A stretch of DNA of 34,676 nt, from contig SKOF01000185.1 in NCBI GenBank assembly GCA_007120155.1, forward strand, positions 1 through 34,676. The letters run 5' to 3'. The notes beneath the pieces are model-generated. The model saw only the letters and a program-made list of their open reading frames with translations, was not told where the DNA came from and did no database searches. The position numbers and the translations under genes were made by a program. Shown in pieces: positions 1-10,563 of the stretch. Source of the stretch: Thioalkalivibrio sp. Lineage in GTDB: Bacteria; Pseudomonadota; Gammaproteobacteria; Ectothiorhodospirales; Ectothiorhodospiraceae. Numbering within the stretch: the first letter of the stretch is position 1; each line of letters opens with the position of its first letter.

Positions 1-1
1 C

Positions 2-1852
2 GGCGGGCCGGCCAAGGCGGCGGTGGTGGCCTCCGGGCTGACCGGCGTGGTTTCGGGATCCTCCATCGCCAACACGGTCACCACCGGCACGTTCACCGTG
101 CCCCTGATGAAACGGGTGGGCCTGTCCGGGGAGAAGGCAGGCGCCATCGAAGTCGCCAGCTCCGTCAACGGCCAGTTGATGCCGCCGGTGATGGGGGCGG
201 CGGCATTTCTCATGGTGGAGTACGTGGGCATCCCCTACGTGGAGGTCATCAAGCACGCCTTCCTGCCCGCGGTGATCGCCTATGTCGCCCTGCTTTATAT
301 CGTTCATCTGGAGGCCCTCAAGATGGGGCTCGAGGGCCTGCCCCGCGTACGGCAGGTCTCGATCTGGCACCGCATGCTGGGTTTCGGCCTGACCGTATCG
401 GGCCTGCTGGTGCTGGCAGGTCTGGTGTATTACGGCCTGGGTTGGATTCAGGCCGTGGCCGGACCGTATTCCGTCTGGATCATCGCCGTGCTGGTGCTGG
501 CCGCCTACCTGCTGCTGCTCTGGATCGCCAGCCGGGTCGCGGACACGCACATGGTGGACGAAACGCACCTGGTACTTCCCGAACCCGGGCCCACCATACG
601 CAGCGGGCTGCATTTTCTCCTGCCGGTGGTGGTGCTGATCTGGTGCCTGGTGGTGGAACGCCTCTCCCCGGGCCTGTCCGCCTTCTGGGCGGTGATGTTC
701 ATGTTCTTCATTCTGCTCACGCAGCGGCCGCTCACAGCTCTTTTCCGGGGCACGCACGATTACGCGCACGCGCTGTTGCGCGGCCTGAAGGACCTGGGCG
801 ACGGCCTCACCCAGGGCGCCCGCAACATGGTGGGCATCGGTGTGGCCACCGCGGCGGCGGGCATCATCGTCGGCACCGTGGCCATGACCGGCATCGGGCT
901 GGTGATGACGGACCTGGTCGAACTGCTCTCCGGCGGCAACCTGCTGCTCATGCTGCTGCTCACCGCGCTGATCTGCCTGGTGCTGGGCCTGGGCCTGCCC
1001 ACCACTGCCAACTACATCATCGTGGCCACGCTCATGGCCCCCGTGATCGTCGACCTGGCCGCCCAGAACAACCTCCTGATCCCGCTCATCGCCGCCCACC
1101 TGTTCGTTTTCTATTTCGGCATCATGGCCGACGTCACGCCGCCGGTGGGCCTGGCATCCTTCGCGGCGGCCGCCGTGGCCCGCGCCGACCCCATCCGCAC
1201 CGGCGTGCAGGCCTTCTGGTACAGCCTGCGTACCGTGGCCCTGCCGTTCTTCTTCGTGTTCAACACCCAGTTGCTGCTCATCGGCATTACCGGCGCCTGG
1301 CAACTGACACTCACCGTTTTCGGGGCCCTCGCCGGCATGCTGGTGTTCGCGGCTGCCACCCAGGGTTACATGCTGACCCGCAATCGCATGGCGGAAACGG
1401 CGCTGCTTCTGCTGGTCGCGTTCACCCTGTTCGTGCCCGGATTCTGGATGGACCGGTTCCACCCCGAACTGGAGACGGTTGATCCACAGCGCCTGGAGTC
1501 GCTGGCCGAAGCCACGCCCGCGGGCGGTCACCTGCGCCTGCTCGTGGAAGGCATGGACGCCGACGGCAGGGACGTCTCCAGGGCCGTCATGCTGCCCATG
1601 GGGGATGCCGGCCCGGGGGGTGAACGCCTGACCCGGGCGGGACTCGGCACCATGGTCCTGGGCGATCAGGTGAGTGTGAGTTTCGTGACGTTCGGCAGCC
1701 CGGCGGAACGACTGCGTATCGAGAGCAGCTGGCAGATCACCGGCGTCATGATCCCCGCCGACCGCCCCGCGCCGGAGTGGTTCTATCTGCCGGCCCTTGC
1801 CGTGCTGTCGATCATTGTCGGCCTGCAGCGACGACGACTGAGCAATGTCTAG
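2..1852 (+). CDS. TRAP transporter fused permease (4TM/12TM, TAXI-type), 5' truncated by window edge
   Basis: Frame is open from position 2 (GGPAKAAV...). Has DctM-like motifs GSSIANTVTTG, GQLMPPVMGAAAF, GLPTTANYI, HLFVFYFG and ADVTPPVGLA, many TM helices, and a C-terminal soluble extension with a final TM. Confidence 0.9.
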   Translation, partial: GGPAKAAVVASGLTGVVSGSSIANTVTTGTFTVPLMKRVGLSGEKAGAIEVASSVNGQLMPPVMGAAAFLMVEYVGIPYVEVIKHAFLPAVIAYVALLYIVHLEALKMGLEGLPRVRQVSIWHRMLGFGLTVSGLLVLAGLVYYGLGWIQAVAGPYSVWIIAVLVLAAYLLLLWIASRVADTHMVDETHLVLPEPGPTIRSGLHFLLPVVVLIWCLVVERLSPGLSAFWAVMFMFFILLTQRPLTALFRGTHDYAHALLRGLKDLGDGLTQGARNMVGIGVATAAAGIIVGTVAMTGIGLVMTDLVELLSGGNLLLMLLLTALICLVLGLGLPTTANYIIVATLMAPVIVDLAAQNNLLIPLIAAHLFVFYFGIMADVTPPVGLASFAAAAVARADPIRTGVQAFWYSLRTVALPFFFVFNTQLLLIGITGAWQLTLTVFGALAGMLVFAAATQGYMLTRNRMAETALLLLVAFTLFVPGFWMDRFHPELETVDPQRLESLAEATPAGGHLRLLVEGMDADGRDVSRAVMLPMGDAGPGGERLTRAGLGTMVLGDQVSVSFVTFGSPAERLRIESSWQITGVMIPADRPAPEWFYLPALAVLSIIVGLQRRRLSNV

Positions 1853-1872
1853 GCGTATCGTACGAAGGGCAT

Positions 1873-1981
1873 GCCACAGAGGGCCAGATGTTTCGAAGCG
1901 AGCATCCTCTTGCACGCCTCTGTCGGATTCATTGCATCCGGGGGCTTTCCGCACTGCCGTATCCTCTGTGCCCTCTGTGAC
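1873..1981. repeat. Degenerate inverted repeat of the CACAGAG-unit family
   Basis: Left arm gccacagagggccaga (1873-1888) against right arm ctctgtgccctctgtgac (1964-1981). Resembles the element at 20834-20987. Confidence 0.55.
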
Positions 1982-2091
1982 AATGTGATCCTTGTATCCG
2001 CTTCTCGCCAGTCCCATGCGGTACATGCTTTTTTTCTTTGTCGCGGTCTCTGCTACAGTTTCTCCTAACCCAATCGCCCGGCCCCGAACGA

Positions 2092-2763
2092 ATGCATCCA
2101 CGCATCCCGATTACCGTCACACTGCTGATCCTCGCGCTCGCCCAGACCGCCGCCGCCCAGACCCGCACCGTCGGACCGGAACTGGAGGTCTATTTCAAGC
2201 GCGAGATCAGCGACTGGCGCCCGCAGGGCGCCGGCAAAGTGGAGACCCGGATCAACCGCGTGGGCGTACTTGTCCGCGATCACGTAGCCGAAGGTCTCTG
2301 GATCGGTCTGCACGGCGGGTACCTGGGCCTCACCCAGAGCGGCAATCCCGCGACCCGGGGAATGAATCTGACCGGCTGGCACCTGGGCACCTCGGCGCGC
2401 TGGCGCTTTCTGCACGCGGAGAACCTGTCCGTGAGCCTGCTCGGCCAGTACACGTACAACGAGGCCGATGACGCGGTCGGCGGGCAGAACACCGCCTATG
2501 ACTGGCACGAGTACGGGGCCGGGCTGGAGACTGCCGTGCGCCTCGACAGGGTGCGGTTACGCCTGGGCATCGACTACACGGCCGTGGACGGCGACGAACG
2601 GACCCGCGGCCTCATCCGGGACACCCGAAGCATTTCCGAGGACGAAGCGATCAGCGCCCGGGCCGCCCTTGACCTCCTGGTGGACGCAACAGGACGCATC
2701 ACCTTCCAGGTGGAGGCCGGCGGCCGCCGTGGCGCGGGCATCTGGTTCGCACGCCAGTTCTGA
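2092..2763 (+). CDS. Exported protein, probable outer-membrane beta-barrel
   Basis: Signal peptide MHPRIPITVTLLILALAQTAAA, alternating amphipathic strands, and a C-terminal beta-signal ending in Phe (GIWFARQF). ATG at 2092 preferred over the longer ORF start at 2038. Confidence 0.7.
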   Translation: MHPRIPITVTLLILALAQTAAAQTRTVGPELEVYFKREISDWRPQGAGKVETRINRVGVLVRDHVAEGLWIGLHGGYLGLTQSGNPATRGMNLTGWHLGTSARWRFLHAENLSVSLLGQYTYNEADDAVGGQNTAYDWHEYGAGLETAVRLDRVRLRLGIDYTAVDGDERTRGLIRDTRSISEDEAISARAALDLLVDATGRITFQVEAGGRRGAGIWFARQF

Positions 2764-2876
2764 GCCGTGGGGTCGTGTGCGGAGCGCAGCGGCGACAAGG
2801 GCCGTATATGGACCGTACCGGTGCCGTGCATCGGGGCGTGTCGCCCCGGAGCGGCGGCTCGTCGTATCATATAGTG

Positions 2877-3620
2877 ATGAGTGGACGGATTATCCAGCGT
2901 CTGGAGAAGAATGCCCTGGGCCGGGATTTCGCTGTCGGGGATCTTCACGGCATGTTCAGTCACCTTGAACGCGCCTTGGAAGCGCTGGATTTCGATCCGG
3001 AACGGGACCGCCTGCTGTCGGTGGGAGACCTGATCGACCGGGGCCCCGAATCCCACCGTGCCCTCGAATTCCTGGACAGGCCGTGGTTCTTCTCCGTCCA
3101 GGGCAATCACGAACGCCTGTTGATGGATTCGGCGGACGATCCCGACATGGCCTCCACCTGGGTGGCCCTGAACGGGGGAGAATGGTGGCGTGATGTGGCC
3201 CGGGAAGAGCAGGAACAGTTTCGGCGCCGTATCGGGCAGTTGCCGTACCTGCTGGAGGTCGACACCGACATGGGCAGGGTGGGCATCGTGCATGCGGACA
3301 TCCCCCTGGAACTGAACTGGCAGGATTTCACCGAGAAACTGGGCACCGACAAGCGCCTGCGCGATTATGCCGTGTGGTCCCGAAAACGGATCAACCGCTC
3401 CGGAAACGGCAGCAAAATCCCGCCGGTGGAAGGGATTGATCTGGTCATCATGGGGCACACGCCGCTGCAGGAGGCGGTACACGCCGCCAACATCTACTAT
3501 CTGGATACAGGCGCCGCCTATACCGACGTGCTGGCCGACGCCAAGTTGAGCATCCTCCAGATTCAGCCCGTGCGCACGCTGAGTGCATTCTTCACCGGCG
3601 CCGGCGCGACAAGCGACTGA
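2877..3620 (+). CDS. Metallophosphoesterase, PPP/PphA-like Ser/Thr protein phosphatase family
   Basis: Motifs VGDLHG, VGDLIDRG, QGNHE, IVHA, GHTP and LDTGA. Start chosen at MSGRII (2877). Confidence 0.85.
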   Translation: MSGRIIQRLEKNALGRDFAVGDLHGMFSHLERALEALDFDPERDRLLSVGDLIDRGPESHRALEFLDRPWFFSVQGNHERLLMDSADDPDMASTWVALNGGEWWRDVAREEQEQFRRRIGQLPYLLEVDTDMGRVGIVHADIPLELNWQDFTEKLGTDKRLRDYAVWSRKRINRSGNGSKIPPVEGIDLVIMGHTPLQEAVHAANIYYLDTGAAYTDVLADAKLSILQIQPVRTLSAFFTGAGATSD

Positions 3621-3722
3621 CGGCCGTACAGACGGTCCGTCCCGCCGCCCGGCGGCCAACTTTGTCTTGCGGCTCGTTTTGTGCTTGACTGACGGCCCAA
3701 TGAACCCGCAAACCGATCCCCG

Positions 3723-4796
3723 ATGAACGCACCCCAGGACGCCTCCGAAACCCTGTGCGAACAGGTGCGTGAGGCCAGGACCCGAAACAGCAGACTGCAC
3801 ATCCGCGCAAGCGGCAGTAAGGATTTCCTGAGCGACGGCGCCACAGGCGACCTGGAGTCGCTGGAGGTCCGGAGCCATCGCGGCGTGGTCAACTACGAAC
3901 CAAGCGAACTGGTGATCACCGCCCGTTGCGGCACGCCCATTGCCGAGATTCACGACACCCTCGCCGCCCAGGGTCAGATGCTTCCCTTCGAGCCGCCGGC
4001 CTTCGGCCCGCACGCCACCCTGGGCGGCGTGGTCAGCGCGGGCCTGTCCGGGCCCCGTCGTCCCTACTCGGGATCCGTGCGTGACGCGGTTCTGGGCGTT
4101 CGCCTGCTCACGGGCCGGGGCGAATGCCTGCAGTTCGGCGGCCAGGTGATGAAGAATGTTGCCGGCTATGATGTCTCCCGCCTGGTGGCCGGCGCCTGGG
4201 GCACACTCGGCGTTCTGCTGGATATCTCCCTGCGGGTGACACCGATACCGGTCCGTTCCCTGATCCTTGAGCAGGCCGTGAGTGCCGAACGGGCACTGAG
4301 GTTATTCGGCGAATGGGCCCGCCAACCGCTGCCTGTCACCGCCGCGTGCCACCTGGACGGCACCCTCTACGTGCGCCTGAGCGGCGGACCCTCCGCTATC
4401 GAAGAAGCAGCCCGCATCGTGGGTGGCCGGGCGTCGGCCGGGGGCGACCGCTTCTGGGAGGCGATCCGGGAACATACACACCCCTTTTTCGCCACAGACA
4501 CGCCCCTGTGGCGGCTGAGCGTACCCCCCGCCGCGCCGCCTCTCGATCTGCCCGGAGACTGTCTGCTGGACTGGGGCGGGGCACAGCGATGGGTGGTCAG
4601 CGATGCCCCGGCGGCAAAGGTTCGCGCCATGGCCGAAAGCGCCGGCGGTCATGCCACCCTGTTCCGCCATGCGACGCCAGGCGTTCCCCGGTTTCATCCC
4701 CTGCCGCCCGCGCTGTCCGCGCTCCAGGGCCGCGTGCGTGCGGCCCTGGACCCGGACGGTCTGTTCAATCCCGATCACCCCATCGGAGCCTGCTGA
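3723..4796 (+). CDS. glcE: Glycolate oxidase FAD-binding subunit GlcE
   Basis: YEPSELVITARCGT, MLPFEPP, GGQVMKNVAGYDVSRL, LDWGGAQRW, LDPDGLFNP. Confidence 0.93.
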   Translation: MNAPQDASETLCEQVREARTRNSRLHIRASGSKDFLSDGATGDLESLEVRSHRGVVNYEPSELVITARCGTPIAEIHDTLAAQGQMLPFEPPAFGPHATLGGVVSAGLSGPRRPYSGSVRDAVLGVRLLTGRGECLQFGGQVMKNVAGYDVSRLVAGAWGTLGVLLDISLRVTPIPVRSLILEQAVSAERALRLFGEWARQPLPVTAACHLDGTLYVRLSGGPSAIEEAARIVGGRASAGGDRFWEAIREHTHPFFATDTPLWRLSVPPAAPPLDLPGDCLLDWGGAQRWVVSDAPAAKVRAMAESAGGHATLFRHATPGVPRFHPLPPALSALQGRVRAALDPDGLFNPDHPIGAC

Positions 4797-4798
4797 CC

Positions 4799-6019
4799 AT
4801 GGAAACGCATCTGGCGGACTCTATCCGGGACACGGACCGGGGCCGGGAGGCCGAGCGCATTCTGCGGGCCTGTGTCCATTGCGGTTTCTGCAATGCCACC
4901 TGCCCCACCTACCAGGTGCGCGGCGATGAGCTGGACGGACCCCGGGGCCGAATCTACCTCATCAAACAGGTGCTGGAGGGGGCTGAACCCAGCCGCGCCA
5001 CCCAGCGCCACCTGGACCGCTGCCTCACCTGCCTGAACTGCATGACCACCTGCCCCTCGGGTGTGGACTACCGGCATCTGGTGGATATCGGCCGCTCCGA
5101 GGTGGACAAGCGCGTAGGCCGCGGCCCGCTGGAACGCATTGAACGCCTGCTCCTGCGCATGGTACTGCCCTACCGGCGCCGCTTCGCGGTGGCCCTGGGG
5201 CTGGGACGATGGTTCAGGCCCCTGCTGCCGGGACGCCTGGCGGACAAGATTCCTGCCGTAATGTCGCAGCCGGGTACCTGGCCCCCGGCACGGCACGACC
5301 GGCGCATGCTCCTGCCGACCGGGTGTGTGCAGGGCGTGTTGACGCCCAACGTGGATGCGGCCGCCGCCCGGCTCCTGGACGGGCTCGGCATCACGCTCGA
5401 GCGGGTCCCGGACGGCTGCTGCGGGGCCCTGGATCATCACCTGGGCGCCGAGGAGGCCGCGCGCGCGCGAGCCCGGCGCAATATCGACGTCTGGTGGCCC
5501 AGGATCCAGTCCGGCGCCGAGGGTATCCTCATCACCGCCAGCGGTTGCGGGGTACACGTGCGGGACTACGGACACCTGTTGCGTGATGACCCGGACTATG
5601 GCGACAAGGCGGCCGCCCTGATGGACAAGATTCGCGACCCCTGTGAGATCGTCGATGCCGCGGCCGTCGAGCGCCTGGGTCTCAACGCCGGAGAGCGGCC
5701 TGTCGCCTTCCATCCCCCTTGCACCCTGCAACACGGCATGCGCCTGCGCGAGAAGACCGAGGCAGCATTGCGCGCCGCCGGATTCCGCCTCCTGCCCGTG
5801 AAGGACTCACATCTGTGCTGCGGTTCGGCGGGCACCTATGCGCTGCTGCAGCCGGCACTGTCCACGGAACTCAAGCACCGCAAGCTGCGTGCCCTGGAAC
5901 AGGACAAACCGGAAGTGATCGCCACAGCCAATGTGGGCTGCCAGACCCACCTGGCCACCCAGGCCAGTGTGCCCGTCGTGCACTGGGTGGAACTGCTGGA
6001 TCAATTGAGCGCGCGTTGA
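4799..6019 (+). CDS. glcF: Glycolate oxidase iron-sulfur subunit GlcF
   Basis: CVHCGFCNATCP and CLTCLNCMTTCP 4Fe-4S motifs and two CCG domains. ATG lies 2 nt after the glcE stop. Confidence 0.93.
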   Translation: METHLADSIRDTDRGREAERILRACVHCGFCNATCPTYQVRGDELDGPRGRIYLIKQVLEGAEPSRATQRHLDRCLTCLNCMTTCPSGVDYRHLVDIGRSEVDKRVGRGPLERIERLLLRMVLPYRRRFAVALGLGRWFRPLLPGRLADKIPAVMSQPGTWPPARHDRRMLLPTGCVQGVLTPNVDAAAARLLDGLGITLERVPDGCCGALDHHLGAEEAARARARRNIDVWWPRIQSGAEGILITASGCGVHVRDYGHLLRDDPDYGDKAAALMDKIRDPCEIVDAAAVERLGLNAGERPVAFHPPCTLQHGMRLREKTEAALRAAGFRLLPVKDSHLCCGSAGTYALLQPALSTELKHRKLRALEQDKPEVIATANVGCQTHLATQASVPVVHWVELLDQLSAR

Positions 6020-6161
6020 GGCGGTTCGGCCTTTGCCAGAGGCGGAATGCGAAGCGGGCGCCGCGCACGTGGCGGACTTGTCGGCGGGTCGACGCACTCT
6101 CTATACTTCCACCCCCGACGAATTCAATCAGGTATTTTTCAACCCAAGCTCAGGTGAACCC

Positions 6162-7343
6162 ATGACTGCCAAGTCCTTCCATCCCCCTGTCCGCACCCTC
6201 ATGGGCCCCGGCCCCTCCGACGTGAATCCCCGCGTGCTGGCTGCCATGGCCCGTCCCACCATCGGGCATCTGGACCCCGTATTTGTGGACATGATGGACG
6301 AGATGAAGGGCCTTCTGCAGTATGCCTTTCAGACAGAGAACCAACTGACCCTGCCCGTCTCCGCCCCCGGTTCGGCCGGCATGGAGATGTGCTTCGTCAA
6401 CCTGGTGGAGCCGGGCGACACCGTGGTGGTGTGCATCAACGGCGTGTTCGGCGGGCGCATGAAGGAGAACGTGGAACGCTGCGGCGCCACCGCGGTGGTG
6501 GTGGAGGACGAATGGGGCAAGCCGGTGGACCCCGGGAAACTCGAGGACGCGCTCAAGGTGCATCCCGAGGCCGGCATCGTCGCCTTCGTGCATGCGGAGA
6601 CCTCCACGGGCGCCTGCTCCGATGCGAAGGCGCTCACCGAGATCGCTCACCGCCACGACTGCCTGGTGATCGTGGACAGCGTCACCGGTCTGGGCGGCGT
6701 GGAGCTGCGCGTGGACGACTGGGGCATCGACGCCATCTACTCCGGCAGCCAGAAATGCCTGTCCTGCACCCCCGGGCTGTCGCCCGTGAGCTTCAGCGAA
6801 CGGGCCGTGGCACGCATCAAGGGGCGCAGTCACAAGGTTCAGAGCTGGTTTCTGGACCTCAACCTGGTGATGGGTTACTGGGGCAGCGGAAACAAGCGCG
6901 CCTATCACCACACCGCGCCCATCAACGCCCTCTACGCCCTGCACGAATCCCTGGTGATCCTGCAGGAGGAAGGGCTGGAGAACGCCTGGGCCCGGCACCG
7001 TGCCCACCATGAGGCGCTCAAGGCCGGACTCGAATCCATGGGCCTGGAACTCATCGTCCCCCGTGATTCCCGCCTGCCCCAGCTCAACGCCGTCAGCGTG
7101 CCGGCGGGTGTGGACGAAGCGGCCGTGCGCAAGGCCCTACTGGACGACTACGGCCTGGAGATCGGCGCGGGCCTCGGGCCGCTGGCCGGCAAGGTGTGGC
7201 GCATCGGGCTCATGGGTTTCGGCGCCAACCGCAAGAACGTCCTCCTGTGCCTGAGTGCATTGGAGAGCACACTGGCCGGTCAGGGAGCCGATGTTCGCGC
7301 AGGAGGTGCCGTGGAGGCCGCCATGGCCGTCTACGGGGCATAA
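6162..7343 (+). CDS. Alanine/serine-glyoxylate aminotransferase (class V PLP)
   Basis: RTLMGPGPS, VHAETSTG, YSGSQKCL (PLP lysine), YHHTAP, WRIGLMG. ATG at 6162 follows aggtg. Confidence 0.9.
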   Translation: MTAKSFHPPVRTLMGPGPSDVNPRVLAAMARPTIGHLDPVFVDMMDEMKGLLQYAFQTENQLTLPVSAPGSAGMEMCFVNLVEPGDTVVVCINGVFGGRMKENVERCGATAVVVEDEWGKPVDPGKLEDALKVHPEAGIVAFVHAETSTGACSDAKALTEIAHRHDCLVIVDSVTGLGGVELRVDDWGIDAIYSGSQKCLSCTPGLSPVSFSERAVARIKGRSHKVQSWFLDLNLVMGYWGSGNKRAYHHTAPINALYALHESLVILQEEGLENAWARHRAHHEALKAGLESMGLELIVPRDSRLPQLNAVSVPAGVDEAAVRKALLDDYGLEIGAGLGPLAGKVWRIGLMGFGANRKNVLLCLSALESTLAGQGADVRAGGAVEAAMAVYGA

Positions 7344-7413
7344 GAGCGCTTTTGGACAATGTCATCGGGGGTGGTGACGGGCCCCGCTGCTGATCGGCTT
7401 CGAAGGGACGCCC

Positions 7414-8391
7414 GTGACCCGTGAATCCCTGGAACGTCACCAGATCTGGATCTACCTGGGTGCCATCGCAGGGGGGCTTGGCACCGGCGCGATGACGCCT
7501 GGTGTCATGGAGGACGCCGACCGGCTGCTGTGGCCCGTGCTGGGTTTGCTGCTTTTCACCACGTTTACCCGGATTCCAATGCGGGCGCTGGGCAAAGCCG
7601 CCGGGGACCTCCGTTTCAATGCCACGCTGCTCGGCGGCAATTTTGTCCTGGTTCCCGCCGTGGTCTGGGTGCTGGTGCAGGCGCTGCCCGACGATCCCGT
7701 CATCCGGATGGCCGTGGCGGCGGTGCTCCTGGTGCCCTGCACGGACTGGTTCATCACCTTCACACACCTGGGCGGCGGCGATGGCGCCCGTGCCATTGCC
7801 GCCTCGCCCCTCCTGTTGCTGGGCCAGTTTCTGCTGTTGTCGGTCTACCTGGTGATGTTCTTCGATGGCGGTCGGATGATCGAGGCGGGCCTGGAGACAC
7901 GGCGGATCCTGGGCGCGTTCGTAGGCCTGATCGTCATCCCTCTGATCATGGCGGGCCTGCTACAGTACTGGGCGGGGCGCCGCCCCCGGCGCAGCGAGGT
8001 GCTGGTCGGGCTCGCATGGCTTCCCGTACCGCTCCTGACCGTGGTCGTGTTCCTCGTGGCAGTCACCCAGGTCCAGGTGGTGATCCACTGGCTGCCGGTC
8101 ATGGGTCATGTGACGGCGGTATTCATCGCGTATCTGGTGGTTGCGGCGCTGGCAGGTCGCCTGCTGACCCGCATGGCGAATTTGCCCACCAGTGCCGGAC
8201 GCACACTGGTGTTCAGTCTGGGCACGCGCAACTCCTTCGTCGTGCTTCCGCTGGCCCTCGCCCTGCCCGTCGGCTGGGAGGCCGCCGTGGTGGTGATCGT
8301 GCTCCAGACCCTGGTGGAACTGCTGGGCATGACCGCCTACCTGCGCTGGGTCCCGGGCCGGCTGCTGCCGGACCGGTCGCATACCTCGTAG
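7414..8391 (+). CDS. Acr3/bile acid:sodium symporter-like membrane transporter (arsenic resistance protein family)
   Basis: About 9-10 TM helices with motifs NFVLVP, LLVPCTDWFITFTHLGGGD and GTRNSFVVLPLAL. GTG start after aaggga. Confidence 0.75.
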   Translation: MTRESLERHQIWIYLGAIAGGLGTGAMTPGVMEDADRLLWPVLGLLLFTTFTRIPMRALGKAAGDLRFNATLLGGNFVLVPAVVWVLVQALPDDPVIRMAVAAVLLVPCTDWFITFTHLGGGDGARAIAASPLLLLGQFLLLSVYLVMFFDGGRMIEAGLETRRILGAFVGLIVIPLIMAGLLQYWAGRRPRRSEVLVGLAWLPVPLLTVVVFLVAVTQVQVVIHWLPVMGHVTAVFIAYLVVAALAGRLLTRMANLPTSAGRTLVFSLGTRNSFVVLPLALALPVGWEAAVVVIVLQTLVELLGMTAYLRWVPGRLLPDRSHTS

Positions 8392-8446
8392 ATCCAGCCG
8401 GACCATACCGGTCCAGCCGGCCACGCGAACCCCGGTGGACACGACA

Positions 8447-9343
8447 CTAGGAACCGGTCAGGCGGTCCGCGCAGAGCGTGTTGATATACGCACCGAAATC
8501 ATCCCGGAGCTCCGGGTGCTTCAGGGCATATTCCACCGTTGCCTGCAGATAGCCCAGCTTGCTGCCGCAGTCGAAGCGCTTGCCCTTGAAACGATGGGCG
8601 AGGACCTGCTCCTCCTTCAGCAGCGCGGCGATGGCGTCGGTCAGCTGGATCTCGCCGCCGGCACCCTTGCCCGTCGTCTCAAGCAGATCGAAGATCCGGG
8701 GGGTGAGGATGTAACGGCCCACCACCGCCATGTTGGACGGGGCGTCCCTGGGATCCGGCTTCTCGACGATGGCCTTGACGGCCCAGAGATCCGGTTCGAT
8801 GTCTTCCGGGGTCACCACGCCGTACTTGTGGGTCTCGTCGGGAGGCACCTCTTCCACGCCCAGTACGCTGCACCCGAACCGGTCGTAGATATCCACCATC
8901 TGTTTCAGGGCACCGCCACTGCCCTGGCCATCGATCAGATCATCCGCCAGGATCACCGCAAACGGATCTTCACCCACGACCGGCCGGGCACACCCCACTG
9001 CGTGGCCCAGCCCCAGCGCCTCCGCCTGGCGGATGTATACGCAGGAAACATGCGCCGGAAGGATGTCTCGCACCAGATCCAGCACCTTCTCCTTGCCCCG
9101 CTGCTCCATCTCGGTTTCCAGCTCGTAGGCCTTGTCAAAATGATCCGTGATGGAACGCTTGGTCCGGCCGGTGATGAACACCAGCACGTCGACCCCTGCG
9201 GCCACTGCTTCCTCCGCCGCATACTGGATCAAGGGCTTGTCCACCACCGGAAGCATCTCCTTGGGGCTGGCCTTGGTGGCGGGCAGAAAACGGGTCCCCA
9301 TGCCGGCGACCGGGAATACGGCCTTGCGAATCTTCTTGTGCAT
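8447..9343 (-). CDS. galU: UTP--glucose-1-phosphate uridylyltransferase
   Basis: [52 protein letters not shown]. Confidence 0.96.
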   Translation of the reverse strand: MHKKIRKAVFPVAGMGTRFLPATKASPKEMLPVVDKPLIQYAAEEAVAAGVDVLVFITGRTKRSITDHFDKAYELETEMEQRGKEKVLDLVRDILPAHVSCVYIRQAEALGLGHAVGCARPVVGEDPFAVILADDLIDGQGSGGALKQMVDIYDRFGCSVLGVEEVPPDETHKYGVVTPEDIEPDLWAVKAIVEKPDPRDAPSNMAVVGRYILTPRIFDLLETTGKGAGGEIQLTDAIAALLKEEQVLAHRFKGKRFDCGSKLGYLQATVEYALKHPELRDDFGAYINTLCADRLTGS

Positions 9344-9387
9344 GATGGATGTGCGGCATCGCCTGTTGAGAACACCCTAACCATAGC

Positions 9388-9418
9388 ACAACGGCCCCGC
9401 AGTGAGCGGGGCCGTTGT
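9388..9418. terminator. Perfect 13-bp hairpin between comEA and galU (possible terminator or processing signal)
   Basis: acaacggccccgc-agtga-gcggggccgttgt. No strong U-tract, so terminator function is uncertain. Confidence 0.45.
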
Positions 9419-9453
9419 CTCCCGGAACCGGGGGAATCCCGGCCGGGTTCGCA

Positions 9454-9720
9454 TCACTCCAGGGCGATGCGGTCGACGTTCTCTTCGATGGTCTTTTCCC
9501 CGATTCCGCGCACCTGCATCAGTTCATGCAGGGAGCGGAACGGCCCGTTGGATTCCCGATGGGCGATGATCGCCTCGGCCCGGCTCGGGCCTATGCCTTT
9601 CAACGACGTCAGTGCCTCCACGTCAGCCGTATTCACGTTCACGGGGTCCGCGGAACCGGCCATGGCCGGCACGGAGAACAAGAGGGACAAAACGATGAGT
9701 ACTGCGGAAAGATATTTCAT
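9454..9720 (-). CDS. comEA: ComEA-family helix-hairpin-helix DNA-binding protein
   Basis: Signal peptide followed by VNVNTAD...LKGIGPSRAEAII...GPF...VRGIG. Shine-Dalgarno-like ggaggc upstream. Confidence 0.88.
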   Translation of the reverse strand: MKYLSAVLIVLSLLFSVPAMAGSADPVNVNTADVEALTSLKGIGPSRAEAIIAHRESNGPFRSLHELMQVRGIGEKTIEENVDRIALE

Positions 9721-9824
9721 GACCTATGCCTCCCTGATGGGGTTTCCTTGGCGTTCCATGGTCGTCACACCGGCCTGATCCTCACATCCGTGACGGGCCG
9801 GGGACGCAGAAAGATTACCAAAAG

Positions 9825-10550
9825 TCAGATGGAATGCAAACCCGCCCCGCCGATCTCCTCGTTCATGGCTGCCAGCACGGCCATGGGATTCTCGGCTTTG
9901 GTGATGGGACGACCCACCACCAGGTAGCTCGCGCCGTTGCGCACGGCCTCGCCCGGGGTCATGACCCGCCGCTGGTCGTCCTGTACGGCACTTCGCGGCC
10001 GGATACCGGGGGTCACCAACAGGAACTTCTCGCCGTAACGACGCCTGAGCATCTGGGCCTCGTTGGCGGAACACACGACGCCGTCCAGCCCACTGGCATG
10101 AGCCAGTCCCGCCAGCGCCTCCGCCAGCCGGCCCACGTCCTTGGAACAGCCCAGTTCATCCAGGTCCCGGTCATCCATGGAGGTCAGCACGGTCACCGCA
10201 ATGAGGCGGGGTTGATGACGCTCCCCGTTGATCGCCTCGCGGGCCGCGTCGAGCATCCGGCCACCGCCCGCGGCATGCACGTTGACCATCCATACCCCAA
10301 GGCGCGCAGCCGCACGGCAGGCGGAAGCCACCGTGTTGGGGATGTCGTGGAACTTGAGATCAAGGAATACTTCAAAGCCGAGCTGCTGAAGCCGCTCCAC
10401 CAGCGACGGCCCGGCACTGACAAACAATTCGAAACCCACCTTGAGGCGGCAGGCACGCGGATCCAGGTCCCTCACGAACGACAGCGCGCCGTCACCATCC
10501 GGGAAATCCAGGGCAACGATGATCTTGGGTTCCGGCACGGCATCGGACAT
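9825..10550 (-). CDS. pyrF: Orotidine-5'-phosphate decarboxylase
   Basis: [37 protein letters not shown]. Confidence 0.97.
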   Translation of the reverse strand: MSDAVPEPKIIVALDFPDGDGALSFVRDLDPRACRLKVGFELFVSAGPSLVERLQQLGFEVFLDLKFHDIPNTVASACRAAARLGVWMVNVHAAGGGRMLDAAREAINGERHQPRLIAVTVLTSMDDRDLDELGCSKDVGRLAEALAGLAHASGLDGVVCSANEAQMLRRRYGEKFLLVTPGIRPRSAVQDDQRRVMTPGEAVRNGASYLVVGRPITKAENPMAVLAAMNEEIGGAGLHSI

Positions 10551-10563
10551 GGGTTCTTCCTGG

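Noticed and set aside
4313-4798. N-terminal extension of glcF (568-aa ORF)
   Set aside because: Overlaps glcE out of frame; GlcF similarity starts at METHL (4799).
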